Below are positions 13,901-28,200 of a stretch of DNA of 64,000 bases, piece by piece (the first letter of the stretch is position 1; the number at the start of each line of letters is the position of its first letter). The DNA comes from Botryllus schlosseri. Its lineage: Eukaryota. The notes under the pieces were generated by a model that did not search any database, had not been told where the DNA came from, and was given only the letters and a program-made list of their open reading frames with translations. A program made the position numbers and the translations under genes. The stretch covers positions 27,840,001-27,904,000 of the forward strand of contig CM119372.1 of the NCBI GenBank assembly GCA_051294905.1, in the 5' to 3' direction.

Positions 13901-16900
13901 CCGAATATGTGGCCCTTTAAGCTGGTTTTGAAACTTGAAAAGAAGCAGGATGCGTCTACTTCTCCAAAGAAAAAAGTGCTTATCATCATTAACCTTCACC
14001 TGTACTTATCGTGCTAATTCTTCTTCTGCAGTTCCCATATATTGTCACATTTTATCGGAATCGAGGAGAGATGCTTCTGAACTTTTTTTGGGGGGGCTTA
14101 TTGCCATGGTATAAGTGGCTTCTTTTGCATTGTCTATTACAGACAACCAGATGAGTGGAGACTGCTTACTAACAGCTCAACACGAAACCTGAAGTGCGCG
14201 TTACTTCACAATAGAAATAATACTCAAGTAGCACAAGCAACGTCTTACATTTTTATTCAATTACAAGTAGAAGTAGTCATTTCTAAGACATGTCGACACT
14301 ACTTCTAGTGAAAGATGAAATGAAAGGTCTGAGAATCACTAAGGGTGGGTTTCAAATAGTCGACTTGGGCCCGTCGTCGGGCTTAAGCTACACCCCTCAG
14401 GCTGAAGTCGGTTTCAAAACTGTGACTTGAGGGGATTTCCCCTCCAGCGTGCGCTTTGTTAAGACAGATATCCAAGCCAGCTAGGGGGTAGGCTGAAGTC
14501 AACAGTACTGATAACTGTTGTGCTGTTTGTTGAAGGATACTGGCCGTTCTTCTGATGTATAGCTTGGCAAATCAGATTAGATCATTTTATATTGATGTCA
14601 GGCAGTTTGGAACAATGTTTCTATCACAAACGTGACAAGTTGGTATGTATCATATACCGTTATAGTGGGATTTACAGTGGAATGCTGCAGGGGTCTTCGT
14701 ATACTGAACGGATTTCAATTCAAATGGATAGCCAGAGCCCTGAGGCACACAGGACACATCAGCACTTCTTCCATAACCGCACCATATAGTATCAAGCAAC
14801 GTTCCCCATGACCACCATAACCCGCGTTCGCTGGCTCCAATCGATTCAGTTACTAATATGATATGACTATGGTTACGAGACACGGGAAGTGATATTTGGG
14901 GTAAGGCGTAAAGGTGTGCCTAGCGTTGGACTTGCGAATCCCGCCCATTTTGGCAAAGAAAGGTCAGCGATAAGAATCCGCTACGGGTAATGATGCTGAT
15001 CAGTGGTCATGGGGAACATCAGTTAATATAGTGCATGTATCGAAGAAGCCCCAAGATGAGATTTTAGGTTGCGGCAGATCAACAGATCCTTTATTGATAG
15101 CCTACATGCTACGTCAACTCATCATTATAGTTTTCTCGACTGGTTACGTCTTTTAACTTAGGCACGTTGACGTTTTGACAGTTTGGCTTTGCTGTGGTTA
15201 TAACCAAAAAGTGAACACACGACGCATCACCAGAAAATGGAAAATATGTATCATGCTCATTTTGTTGAGCCTAATCAATGTTGCACCACTTGCACGCAAC
15301 TGTGATTGATTGCAGGGTTCCCCTCAATATCCATTTTCGCTCCACCCCTATGAGCATTGTCATAAGTATGTTTAACTGCTACTTTCTAGAATAGTGCCGA
15401 CTACATGGAACTTTGATCAATATGTGTCTATTCAACCAGCATTGTATTGATATTCCGTTCACTGCACGCGCACGGAATTTCAGCATACTGGATAAAGATC
15501 CAGAAGTTTCGGAAAGAAAAATGACATGACTTTGCATGAAGTTGTTAGTGAATTGCTATAGTTGTGAAGCAATGTTCCCTCTAATTTTTGACGAGTCTGT
15601 GCGTACACTCAAGAACTCACTACGCAGACCCTCGGAAAACAGTGCGTAACGACTAAAAAAGGGTCATGACTTCAGATTTTCTGTGTGCATAAACCGTGTC
15701 AGCACTGCGCATTTGCGCATGTATGCAGCTTAAAGGGGCCATTGATGAGAAGTGATAAATGCCAATAATATTCAAAGTGCAGTACATGCTAATGCTTCAG
15801 TAATCCAAATGTTTTGAGATATATGTCAATTCAACATTGATTTTCACAGATTTGCTACCCAGTCATAGTATCGACATAGTAGCATAATCAGTCCATGTAA
15901 AAATTATTATATAGCTGTGCAATGTGCCACCAGAGTGAGCTGCAGGCTGTGAAACAAATGATAGCACCATTCTTTTGGAACACAGAGAAAATCAAACGAG
16001 CAGTGATGTGCCAAGCCATTAAATAGGTATTTATCGATCTATCCGTATATGTGAGTGTGAATGCGCATACCAATATCCAGTTCCTTTTATATTAAGGTTT
16101 TTCTGAAAGCACTTTGCTCGAGCTTTATCCAGTTCCTCGCACCACGATACCAACACTGGGCTGTAAGTATGTCATTTCCATCCATATTTATACCATGCTT
16201 GATAAGTTGTTTTGTGATAGATGCTGACCCATCTGATGTGCCAACTTATGGAGTAGCAGTTGGGAGCTGCATCTGCTAGTTGTTTGGGCAACATTTCCAA
16301 CCAAATCAAGGTAAGTTTGCATTCATTACTAGGCCATCAATTGTCTGTTTGTTATCTCATTATTATTGCTATTAATTATTATCTCATTATTATTGCTATT
16401 AATTATTATCTCATTATTATTGCTATTAACATTCGTATAGTTTGCTGATGCTATGTATTACAATAGACTATTGAGTTTTGTATGGATAGCAACAGTATAA
16501 AATTTAAAAAATTTGTTCGAAATTTATCAGTTATATCTCTACCAACAGGTCACCGAAGTCCAGGTCCGAAGTCAACTATGAAGCAGCGAAGATTTGAAAA
16601 TCAGTGATAAAGCAGAAGAGAATGAAACAAGTTGAGCATGGTCTCAACGTTAATAATTATAGAAGATGCTGAACAACATTAATTTGACGCTAGCCGAATC
16701 TAGAGTCAAAACATGTCTTTTGTACATTTGATTCAATTTTGTTCAGCCGTTCATGTTCGCCTGCTCCAGTTTTCCAAGCCCCTTGCAATAACTTCGCTAT
16801 CTTGTGTCCAAATTTATGAACTTGAACTTACTTGAAGCCATAATGCACATTTTACCTCATTTTAACGTGTCACAAGAAATAAAGCACGAGTATGTTTTGG

Positions 16901-19900
16901 AATGTAATCAAATGTATTGCAAAAATCTCTAGATCATGCGTTGTCGTGCAGATTTCTCTGTAGGAGTCGATACTGTGGGAGTGCGGTCAACGCTTCCAAT
17001 TGCAGTATGTCATCAAATGCAGCTCCATCTGCCTTGTCAGCATTGCTATGATTGTAAAGGCAGATGCAGGCTATTGTCATGTCGATATTCTGAGGTTCTT
17101 CCTTGAATATAGCCAATGCGCGAGATATTTTCTTCAACACAAAGCACTGCGCTCTGCCAGAGAGTAGCACTACGCTCTGCCAGAGGGTAACGATATGCAT
17201 GAAAACAATAGTGACTTTTTTCGGTCAAAGTTCTTGGGCATAATTGTGGCGTGAGTAATATGTCCTCAGTGGATATTCAGCATCTCCAAGAGCATAATCT
17301 TCATCAATTAATATGCCAAAATGCTGGGCAGTTGTGTCTTCAAAAATCGGTATCACAGCCGCACTATTTCTTCTAATACTTTGCGATAACGTGCTGATCA
17401 TTTGCCAGATACTTCCTCGGGGTTCCGTTCTGATCATCCGTCCGTGAATTTCAACAACTCAAGCAATTCCGTATTCTTTCACAGCATCGCTACCATACTA
17501 TACGACATCAGCAAGCAACTCAAAACAATAACAACTGGCCTCGGTTCCGTGTTGAACTCGCTACAGCGACGAAGTAGACAGTAATTACTCGCAACTAACG
17601 GACTTGGCAGAGCGCGGCGCCAAATTGACATTTGAAACCGAATTAAGACCGCCGACGTCTGGCGTCTTGAGCAAGTCAATCACTGGCCTTAAGCCAGGTC
17701 TAAATTAAGACAACTTTTTGAAACCCACCCTAAAAGTCAATAAATTTCCAAATATATTTGGTCAGAGGGAAGGTGGTCTCATAGTTTCAACAGTTAGCGT
17801 AGACCAATGTAAGGTTCTAGTTTCGATATCAATCACCATTTTTGCACCAGACTGAGATTCTCGTTATGATTGCCGCACTGTTGACTTACAGCACGACCCA
17901 TTTGTCGACGTACAGCACTCTGATAGATCATTTTTCTTTTCCATATTTATCGTATCTGTTGCACAGATCTTCTCTTGGAAGAAAATTTAAATTGTGATAA
18001 TTTTATTCAGTGACATCCGTGGGAATCTAACGCTCCAAGAAAACTGCTGCAACTTGACGGAAAACAGTGGCGGATGTCATATGCCCGCTGTGGATGACAA
18101 ACATGACGGGTTGCATTACTATGTGGTATATCCGTATGTGAATCATACCACAAGCTACTCCAAATACTGCTATACGGAAGTGGAGTGGCTCGGTGAGTGC
18201 GAGTACTGATATTTAAAACAAGGGGGAAGAGATAGCCATGAATTAGGAGTAAAGAAGACAGTTAACGGCTGTATCGGGGTTCAGATGCATCGCAAAGCAC
18301 ACTTCCATTTTTCTTCCAAATCTCCAACAACCCCTAGCTACAGAAAGTACTTTATTATTCTGCGCGATGACGAAAAATAGGACCTACTCTGTATTCCCAC
18401 TCTGTACGGCAGGGTTTGCCTAATATTGACAATATTGAACTATACATCCCCGTATCGTATCTATTTCCATGAGCTGTTATCATGACTGTTACATAGTATT
18501 TACCTCTATAGCAGGGGTTCTCAAACGGAACCCGAGATATTTCTCGGTGGTTGAGTGAACCCCCTTATATTGTAACCTATTCTGAGATTTTTTATCTACA
18601 TATATCCAGGCTTGTTGTCGAGGTGGAACAAAATCTTACGACAGCCAACTGTTCTCAGTTTATTATTGACGATATTTTGGAAGCTGATGAATAAAAACAA
18701 GGTTGTCACTGTTGCCCAGTCACAAACTCATTGCCATCCACGGTGTGAAACTTGTGGCCTTTTTTAATCATCAGTTGTCGGACGACTATAACAAAAGAAG
18801 CCAATAACAATCAAGCGGCCCGTCCCTGGTGTTTTTGATGTTTAAAAAATCAAATATTATCGCTTTCAGCCTTCCCTGATTACGACCTCGTTATGTAATT
18901 AATAGTGCTCGTATCATCGGTATATCTATGGTGAACTGCGGTGCTTACTGGGAGTTAGAATGGTATCGAGGGCTATGTAGTTTTAAAGTTATAGTTTCAG
19001 TAATAACCTTTCGCTGACCCCTAAAAACTATCCTAGGACTTCAGCTCAAGAATCCCAGGTCAATAGTAACGGTCGATGCTTTCATTAAACTCAACCATTG
19101 CCTACTACTAGGGTTGCATTCAAAACAAAAATAGATTTAAAACAGACATGTTTAAAACATGGCCCTTGTTTTAAACATGTCTTTTTTTAAGCCATGACGT
19201 CACGAATATTCAATCGTGTGGCGAGATAGCGCAGTGGTATAATCCGCGGCTGCAACACCAATGGGTTGCGGGCTCGGGACCGACCGAGGTCGACTTCAGA
19301 ATTCCTATACCTAAGTGTTGGAAGTTTATCTGTGCTCCTTCTCGCCCCCTATCCCATCAATTTTAAAGGGCTTTATTATGCGTTTTGCGTATTCATCAGG
19401 ATAAAAGCCCCGGACTGAAGTTACTGTTATGAGATAAGGGGTTGCCCCTGTGTCTGCCAAGAAGGTCGCTTGCCTTGATATATTAGTGACGAATTTCATG
19501 TCAGAACCGAACAGAGCTTCAAAGGATGCGTCCTTGAGGGTTGAGGGGCTGTTTCATTACAGATTCTTTGTTTATTTATCATAGTTGTACTCACCGTAAA
19601 TACTATTTTATTCAAATCCAAATTTTTCGACGGCAATAACTCCGCTTCCACTGGTTGGAATTGAACCAAATTTGGTGAGGATCGTTTCTATACACAATTA
19701 CACATCCTAACACTTTCATGGGGTGAACAGAAAATTTTCATATTTTTTTAATATTTATTTTTATATATTAAATAGAAACTTTCTTCTCCTGTAGCAAAGC
19801 AGTTACTGGCTGGAATTGAACCAAATTTTGTGTGTAGGCTTAAATTAGGCAACCTAACAATTTTATCAAGTAACCAGTACGATTTGAGAAAAAAGTCATT

Positions 19901-22900
19901 TTTGAAGAGCCCTACTGTACAGGCATAAGTGATGCATCATTTACAATTGTTTCCGGAAAGGTAATTTGAGGTGTGCCGTTTACCGGAATTTGTAGCCTCC
20001 TCAATATTTCCCCGCATACTCGAGGGTGTTTTACAAAAATCTTAGAAGTGGGCCGTGCTATAAGTCGGCAGTTGCGGGAAAAAATGAAGAATATAGGCCT
20101 GGTGCAAATAACTATAGCAGTCGACAAACACCATGAATACCACAAACAAACGAATATTCAATTGTGACTTCATAGTATTTTGAAATTAACAACTGTAAAT
20201 ATAGCTCCTTCGACGGAATAGGCTTTCAACTCCTGTCATATACGCACCAAAAATATTCTTAACCAGGACTACATCGATTTGCAGCATTTTTACGGTCGGC
20301 GGTCATCATCATCAGAACATTCATTCCGTACCGATGATCTATATCTACGCACTCTTGCTGTTGAACCGACTATTTCGAGGGTTCCAACAATCGTAGCCAA
20401 TAAGTCGGCTATATCTGGTGCAAATCGTCCGTAGGCTCATACTACATGTTTTTGGAAAGTATTTACACAATTATGGCATAACCATACTTCAAGAAACACA
20501 GTTTTGTTTAAAAAAAAACTTTTATTCGAAACACTGTTTAAAACATGTTTTGAAAAACGTGTTTTCAACAACCATCTGTTTTAAATGCAACCCTACCTAC
20601 TACACATAGTAGGTATGGCTAAACCATATGTATTTAAATGTATGACCAATACGGGAAGATTATCACAAGTCATATGTACGAGTGGAGCGTGTGTCTTGAC
20701 CACCTAGGAACCCCTGAGACTGGCTCAAGGAACCCCTAGTGCTGAAGCATTTGGTTAAGAACCGGACTAAACTATAATGTGTTTCAATATCATGAACAAG
20801 TCCAATATGCTCAATAACTTCCAGGGAACTTTCTGGTTTATTTTAAAATCGCCGTTTTCTACTGATACGACGAAAGTTAACAAGCACGTTGACGATTAGT
20901 TACATTTATATTTTCGTGTTCAGATGATCCGGACTATTGCAATAACAATTCTACGAACACGCCCTGTCTATTTTATAATGGTAACGGATGGTATGAACAT
21001 CGATACGAATATGGACCGACTCCAGAGAAATTGTAAGTTAAACATACGCATTTTAAATATTTACGCGCATGACTCGGAGTCCTAGTCTCGGACCAAGTCA
21101 TATGACTCTAGACTGGGTCTACCAATACAGGCATTTCATTGTAATTTCGAAGAATAGTAAAGTTATCACACTATAATTATTTTGTCTATCAGTGCTAACA
21201 CTTGAAAATGCTACCAGAAACTGTTATAAGTGAGGAAAATTAGCATATTATAAATGCGAACCATTCGATATCACCAAACAGAGTAATAAAAAGTGGGTTT
21301 AACAAGACTTTAACTGGAAACAGAGCAGTCAACTTGGACTCGGACTCGGACTCGAGTCAAAACACTATGACGCGGACTCGGACTCGAGTCAAAACACTAT
21401 GACTCGGACTCGACACTCTACTCCGTGACTTGGACTCGGACTTGACTCGGTACTGAATTAAAAATGACTCGACTTGACTCGAGTCAAAACTATAAAAGTG
21501 AGATTGACTTGTGACTCGGGAACCTTGTGACTTGGTCACAACCCTGCCTTTAGTCCAGATAGTTTCAAAGGTGATATGCTAAAGCAGCTCAAAAACTAAA
21601 AAAAAGTCAGAGTCCAGTTTTCCAGATTAGGACACGCCAGACATGCTAGATTACGATATGAAAAGTAAATGCTAGATTGCGAAACATTAGTTTCAAACGT
21701 CATAATAAGCCATATATACTGTGATGAATTATTTCATATGGGCGAAGGACGACAATGTGGTGTAAACGGAACCACGCCAACCCGCGACCTAAATTATATT
21801 CACCAATCCTTTCGTGAAATCATACCGGTCACTACGTATCCACTGCGCTCGAAGCGCGACGAAAATTTTGGGCTTTACTAAACTTTTATGAAAATTAAAT
21901 GTTGATACTCCGTGAAAACAGCCCCGAAATTTCTCAGGCTATCTTCCTGATTGGAAGATTGAACTACTTCTACTTGACAAAATGAAAATAGCGAAAAGTA
22001 AGTAAGTAGATCACCAAATATTACGAAGTAGAAGTAGCGAAAATCAGATCTACTCGAGTAAGTACCAGAAGTATAGGAAAACTACTTGTGAACTTCGAAA
22101 AAGTAGAAGTACTTCGTTACTGCCCACCTCTGCTTCAAAGCCATTTCTTGCCGATATTGACGAAGACAAGGTGGAATTGAGAACAGCATTATGATAAAGG
22201 CGCTGCCAAGTCTGCTTCTCTCTGATCAAATAACACAGGGTGCAATCCTTAATTAAGATTTCAAGGTGTTCAATCAGGTCAATCAAATCTACCAAGATAT
22301 CAATTCATTAGGGTTGAGTACATGGTAAATGCCCATGATGCAAGTCTTCTCGCTTCGACGACCTTAGCAACATGCGTTTAAGCAAGTAGTGGGGGATCTC
22401 GACAGACTGGGGCAGCGGGCCACATTATCATGTAAGACGGGAAACTGTCCACGGGGCGGACAAAATCCCGTCGCGGACTGGATCTGGCCCGCTGGCTGTA
22501 TTTTGCCAATCCCTTACCTATAGGCGATGTAAAAAAGAGGCTTGCACACTGAATGAAAATAAAGCAGATAATATAAAAGGCAAGCGAAAAAATGAGGTGG
22601 GATGTGGCGGAAGGTGAGATCGATAGGCTAGGTCGGAGTCAGGTAACCTTGAGGGCTGTATTCAGTTGTAGTTTGGCCGGCACGTAAGCTACCACATAGC
22701 CCACATTATTCTTATTGTGCTGTTGACAATTGCGAGTAATTTTAGTCTGTTTATTAGAATCAAATTGCACAATTTTTGATAATTACGATCAGAGGTGGTC
22801 AGTAACGAAGTACTTCTACTTTTTCGAAGTACTCAAGTAGTTTTCCTCTACTTCTGGTACTTACTCAAGTAGATCTGATTTTCGCTACTTCTACTTCTAC

Positions 22901-25241
22901 TTCCTAATATTTTGTGATCTACTTACTTACTTTTCGCTATTTTCAGTTTGTCAAGTAGAAGTAGTTCAATATTCCAATCAGAAAGATAGCCTGAGGAATT
23001 TCAGGGCTGTTTTCACGGAGTGTCAACATTTAATTTTCATAAAAGTTTAGTAAAGCGTAGAATTTTCGTCGCGCTTCGCGCGCAGTGGATGCGGAGTGGC
23101 CAATATGATTTCACGAAAGTATCGGTGAATATAATTTAGGTAGAGGGTTGGCGTGGTTCCGTTCACACCATTGTCGCCCTTCGTCCATATCAAATAATCC
23201 ATCACAGTATATATGGCTCATCATAACGTTTGAAACTGATGTTTCGCAATCTAGCATTTACTTGTCATATTGTAATCTAGCATGTCCATGGCGTGTCCAA
23301 ATCTGGGAAAGTGGACTCTGACTCTTTTTAGTTTTAGAGCTGTTTCAGCATACCACCTTTGAAACTTTCTGGACTAAAAACATGAAATACATGTTCTGCT
23401 TTTAGAAGTAGTATTTATATTTCACTTTCAATTCCCAGTATCATATACTTTGAGTTATAATTAATATCAGTTCTTTTGTCTGGACAACATACACGTTGAA
23501 GTATAAAAGCAAGGGTTAATTTCTGTGACAGTCGGTATGTAGGTCGCACGTCTCAGCGCTTGCAGCAAAGAATTCGCCAGCATGTCCCACGGCAAATTAG
23601 AATAAATAATGTTTCTCCAACTCCTTCATCGCAGTCTGTTGACACACTGCGTGATTATGATCAAGTTACTGCTTGTAATTCGGCTATTGGACAGCATCTC
23701 TTATCCCATCCAGAATGTGCTGATCATTACAACGACAGTCAATTTTCTATACTTGCTCGTGGCCGTTCTCTTTTTCATTTAAAGGTCCTGGAATCTACGA
23801 TCATAAAGCTACGAAAGCCGATTCTCTGTCGCCAGAAGGAACGCCTCTACACTCTTGGAATATTTCATTAATGTTATGTGTTGTGTTTTCGGTTATTTAT
23901 AACCGAATATGTACTCGTAACGTTTGTTTTGTACCGTTACTACCGTATCTAGCCCGTCTACTAGTTGTTTGTTTTTGTTATTATTACGTCATACAGACAA
24001 AATAGTTCTTACATTTCGAATTTGATTCACCCCATCACTAACGTTCGCTACTGATGAGAGTTAGTCGAAAAGCTTTTAGCGAATAAATTAACAATATGAA
24101 GTTATTGTTTCGCGTTATTCGGAAATAAAGCTACACAATATGGCATTTTTATGGTCCACCATAATTTTTACTACGTTTACTAATCGCGCAAAGTGTTTAC
24201 ACCGTATCCTGTACAACTTCTCCGTATTGCTCTTCGACTGAACTACGGGCCTTATAATATGGGGAATGGCGCCATACCATGCTATTTTCCAAAACGTGCT
24301 GTTCGAGAAAACGCTATTTTCCAAAACGTGCTGTTCGAGAAAACAGAGGATTAGCATCGCATTTCCATATCAATAATATCATTTTCATCCCATGATGTGG
24401 ACGAATACTTAAGCTATCGAAAAGTGGATACCTGCTGGTATGCATCGATAGGAATCAAGCTCGTCACCTATCGCATAGCTCAATTTGCACCTTTTTACAA
24501 TCCATGCGAACGAATTAGGATCGTTTTCACAACTACTTACTTACTTGAGTACTTTTAGAGTCAGTCAATTCTACTTCTACTTCAAATAGTTTTAGGTTGC
24601 TTATGGAAGAAGTACTTCTACTCGTACTTGAGTAGATTTTTTCGTCGCTGCTACTTCTACTTCTACTTGAGTAGATGTCTTGACTACTTTGACCACCTCT
24701 GATTACGATACGAACATTGCTAGCATGATTCTTGGAAACATAGGGCTACCAATCGTCACAGGCGATACCTCCTATGATTTTCGATTTCTGCTATCTTTTC
24801 AGGAAGATGGACGTATGCTACTTCGAATCGGAGTACACAAACGAGACTACAAATGACTATACCTTAACACCGAACAAGCCAACACAAATGGATGCCAATT
24901 TTATCAGAACTCATAATAACAACAGAACGACAGTGGCCGAAGTTGAAAATAAGCTATACTCCTGCAACCCTCATAGTAATATCAATGAGATCATGAGCAA
25001 GACCTTCATTGATGACTATGCCAACAACGGTACTGAGCTCGTTTGTTATAGTTTAAAATACCCTGGTACCGACGACTACTTGGAAAGATCGGTATGCATT
25101 TTATTTCCGAAACCACCCCGTTACAATATCGTCATGATAGGTGTCTCGGTTGGCGCGATTTTGGTGCTCCTAGCCATCGTCTTTGGCGTGAAGATCATAC
25201 GAGCGCATCGTGAAGTGCAGAAGTCAAAAAGCGATGTGCAG
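10993..25241 (+). CDS. Host multi-exon gene: uncharacterised Cys-rich membrane glycoprotein (3' end unresolved)
   Basis: Phase-compatible GT-AG exons 10993-11134, 12332-12488, 18011-18192, 20924-21032, 24803-25241; signal-peptide-like N-terminus, many NxS/T sites, TM helix IVMIGVSVGAILVLLAIVFGVKII. Confidence 0.75.
11284..11606 (-). mobile_element. Penelope-like element 3' remnant (GIY-YIG C-terminus plus degenerate hammerhead)
   Basis: GRSHFHLCALESTFIEIHESKLCQQKE resembles ORF 23560; minus-strand CTGACGA..GAAA core at 11284-11317. Confidence 0.65.
12983..13640 (+). repeat. Diverged ~330-bp tandem duplication of a CACTGG-ended (Chapaev3-like) transposon end
   Basis: Units start CACTGGTCTACA near 12983 and 13314 and stay alignable; resemble the 53725 end of the Chapaev3 copy. 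Confidence 0.6.
14343..17730. mobile_element. Degenerate PIF/Harbinger transposon
   Basis: TIRs GGGTGGGTTTCAAA / TTTGAAACCCACCC with TAA TSD; minus-strand transposase remnants ALGDAEYPL and IACICLYN near 17050-17300. Confidence 0.75.
16353..16428. repeat. 27-bp minisatellite, about 3 copies
   Basis: TATCTCATTATTATTGCTATTAATTAT repeated. Confidence 0.85.
19220..19460 (+). mobile_element. tRNA-derived SINE (second diverged copy near 836-980); 3' end approximate
   Basis: A-box TAGCGCAGTGG and B-box-like GGCTCGGGACC, then CCGAGGTCGAC..AGAATTCC..AAGTGTTG shared with 836-930. Confidence 0.6.
23516..24113 (+). mobile_element. 5'-truncated Penelope-like retroelement: GIY-YIG endonuclease C-terminus plus 3' pLTR
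   Basis: CDSRYVGRTSQRLQQRIRQH..SAIGQHL..FSILARG..LKVLESTIIKLRKPILCRQKE; segment is absent from the paralogous host element at 31410. Confidence 0.8.
24044..24083 (+). ncRNA. Minimal type I hammerhead ribozyme
   Basis: Stem I TTCGCTA/TAGCGAA, core CTGATGA..GAAA, palindromic stem III AAGCTT, UH site; AATAAA follows. Confidence 0.75.
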
Positions 25242-28200
25242 GTGAGTGAATCCAATCGCCAGTAATGCATGTTGCAACCAGTTCACCCCGAGTCACAAGT
25301 CAATTCTACCTTAGTAGTTTTGACTCGATGCAAGTCGAATCATGTTCAACCCACCACCGAGTCAAGACCAGATCCAAGTCGCGAATAAAACGGCCCAGTC
25401 TGCATGAGTCGTAGTGCTGAGACTCGACTCTGGGTTCAAGTCATAGTGTTCACTGTTCATTATTGAGTTCGAGTCCTGTTCAACTCACTTTTTTGTTACA
25501 CTCTGAGGTGATATCGAAGACACCACCAACATAATATTCTATGATTTCACCCTCCGAACATGTTTATTAAATCAGATAGAAACAGTTCTACGCCTGTTTT
25601 CAAGTATAGGACCTGATAAACGAGACTTGTCATTATAGAATGTCTTACGAACGATATGACTCGGTCGAATCACGCTCAATGACTCGAATACAATTCGACT
25701 CAATACCAAAAGTGACTCAAATCGAGTCGAGTCATCTTCCACTTTAAAAAAATGACTTGAGTCAGCTAATAATTGCGATTCGTGTCCGGTTACGACTAGA
25801 GTCATTGCAACCCGCGATAGATCTCTATCGTTTTGCCGGATATTTTCATTGATGCACACGATGTGAAAAAATCCTCTTATAAATAATTCCGCGTCGGGGT
25901 TGTGCCGTTTGATATTTGTGAAACTGAATTGCACATAGGCGTATCCAGAGGGGCCGAAACTCCCCCGATTTTCAGATTTTAGCACTGGAAGTCACGATGG
26001 ATCCGTCGTGCATGGTTCTCATGACTCAACTCGCTATTATTGATTGAATCAAATTGACTTGATTCTACTTTCCTAAAGGGGCACTGTATTCTAAAAATGA
26101 TGTGGTCTCGAATTGAAGAAAAGATCGAAACTTAATTTTGGCCGCAGACATTTTCTTCACAGAGCCACCGTTATGGGACTGCAACTCATGGATTTTTGAA
26201 TCGTGCACCGTTCCACTCTAGTTGCCGCGGCTGCGCGTCATCGTTTCTTGACCCGTTGCGAAATTTTTGGCACTATATCTTCGCTGTTGCACTTGCTCGA
26301 AGTGACCTCGATATTGTAGATCCATTTCTTTATGTAGTACGTGGTACACATATGCTACATCACTCACTTTACTTCCACATGATACATCAGCACATACTTC
26401 GATATATACCCTGTTATCTCGTAGGTAAACCTATGACCGATGTGATAACACTGGTCGACCTGATTTTTGTTTTCTGACAATGATGATGACTATTAAGTCA
26501 ATTGTCGTACGCTGATTACGAATATGAAGTCGCTTTTTTTCTCTCACGTCTAGATTTTTAATAATCTGTGATTTAAAATTTTGCATTTTCGTGCTAAAAC
26601 AGCCTGTTCTGTGACATATTCCTTGCAGTTTGGTCATAGCTATCACCATTGTGACGCCATCAGAGGTGGTCAAAGTACTTACCATAGGTACTCAAGTAGA
26701 AGTAGGAGTAACGGCAATAATTTGTACTCAAGTAGAAGTAGAAGTAACGCGTTAATTTCTACTCAAATAGAGGTAAAAGTAACTTTTTAGACAAGTATGT
26801 AAAAAAGTAAGTATTCTTGGCCTAGTTTTTGATATCAGTATCAATTTATTAATATTTTCTTCCATAAAAACATCACAAGACTGCGATACAATGAAAAGAT
26901 AGAAAGGCGTCGAAACGACTTGGAGTAGTCTTTGAAATCAGACATCAGAAAACAGAAATCAGACCTGGGCCTAGGCGATTTAAAGAAGAGGTATGAACAG
27001 CAGAATGAATGAATAATAAATAGACATTGAAGCATTTGAACCATTTGAAAACTATCACAGAACAACTTCAGAGTGATATGCAGTCATATCAGAAGGTGTT
27101 AACAGTTCGTATTTGGTTGTCAAGCTGATGATTTTTTATTTTGACTTGAAATCAAAATATCAATTCTGGTCAGAACTATATCCAAAAATATCCGACACAA
27201 AAACTACAATAGAATCCAACTCCAATCCTACTGCCTCAAAATTGTGCAGAATTCGGTCCGAATCCTATCCGAGTCCATCCAATGCTCATCACTAAGTAGT
27301 AGTAGTTTAATCTAACAGCAACGTAACTATATTTACTAGACGGCTCTGTGTTTACATTGCACAGCGCTCACCTTCACCAACCGTCTGGCTTGTATGATTC
27401 AAATCGAAGGAATAGTTTATGAGTTTATTTTTGCACGGTTGTGTGGATTATGGTTGTACCGTGTATCAATTTGTTTCAACTTTTCGAGACTTCGTATTCG
27501 ATCCTATTTTTTGGCTGATAATAATAGAAGGTAGTGTGCAGCTATACAGTTTGTTACTCACGTGTTTTATTAGCAGGTCATCGTATATAGGCTATATGCG
27601 TGAACGAAACAACACATTTTTGCATGTATATTTAACGTTATATTCGTTATTTGATTCAAGTTAAATGTCCGATTAATCTGTTTTTCACGCTGCTAGCAAA
27701 ATGTTATGACTTCGAATGATCACTCATACTTCGAAAATTTCATTTGACTTGAATTGTGACTTGACTCGTGACTTGACTTGACTTGACTTGACTCGAGTCA
27801 CACCAAAAAACAGGTAACTCGACTTGACTCGAGTCACATTCGACAATCGATTGACTTGACTTGACTCTAGTCAAAATATGCAATGACTCGAGATGACTCG
27901 TGACTCGAGACTTGATCCCAACACTGTTACCCACCAACGGCCCGCGAGGTCATGTTTTGACATGAATTGAGATTTCAGAAGAACGCTTAGTGAATTATTT
28001 TGTAATGCTTAGACTTCAGTTTAAAAATGTTGTTGTTATTGTTCAAAATAAGATATTTCCTGTGTCCAACATCACCTTCCTCACAGGCTGACACGGCTTT
28101 GGCGATAGCATTCCATGGAGGAACAATAATTAGCTGATATGAAGGTGTAATTGTGCAATTGTACATAATTGCCTTGACGTGCGATGGCCGAGACACTGCC

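Larger units (their letters stand above)
22790..24701 (-). mobile_element. Non-autonomous hAT-type element with AGTAGA-rich subterminal repeats; same family as 31410-49486
   Basis: TIRs CAGAGGTGGTCA / TGACCACCTCTG; perfect TSD ATTACGAT; partial oppositely oriented copy at about 21550-22131. Confidence 0.85.

Noticed and set aside
19220..19295. Possible tRNA gene
   Set aside because: B box is degenerate, no convincing cloverleaf or oligo-T terminator, and it continues into a dispersed repeat body, so a SINE head is more likely.
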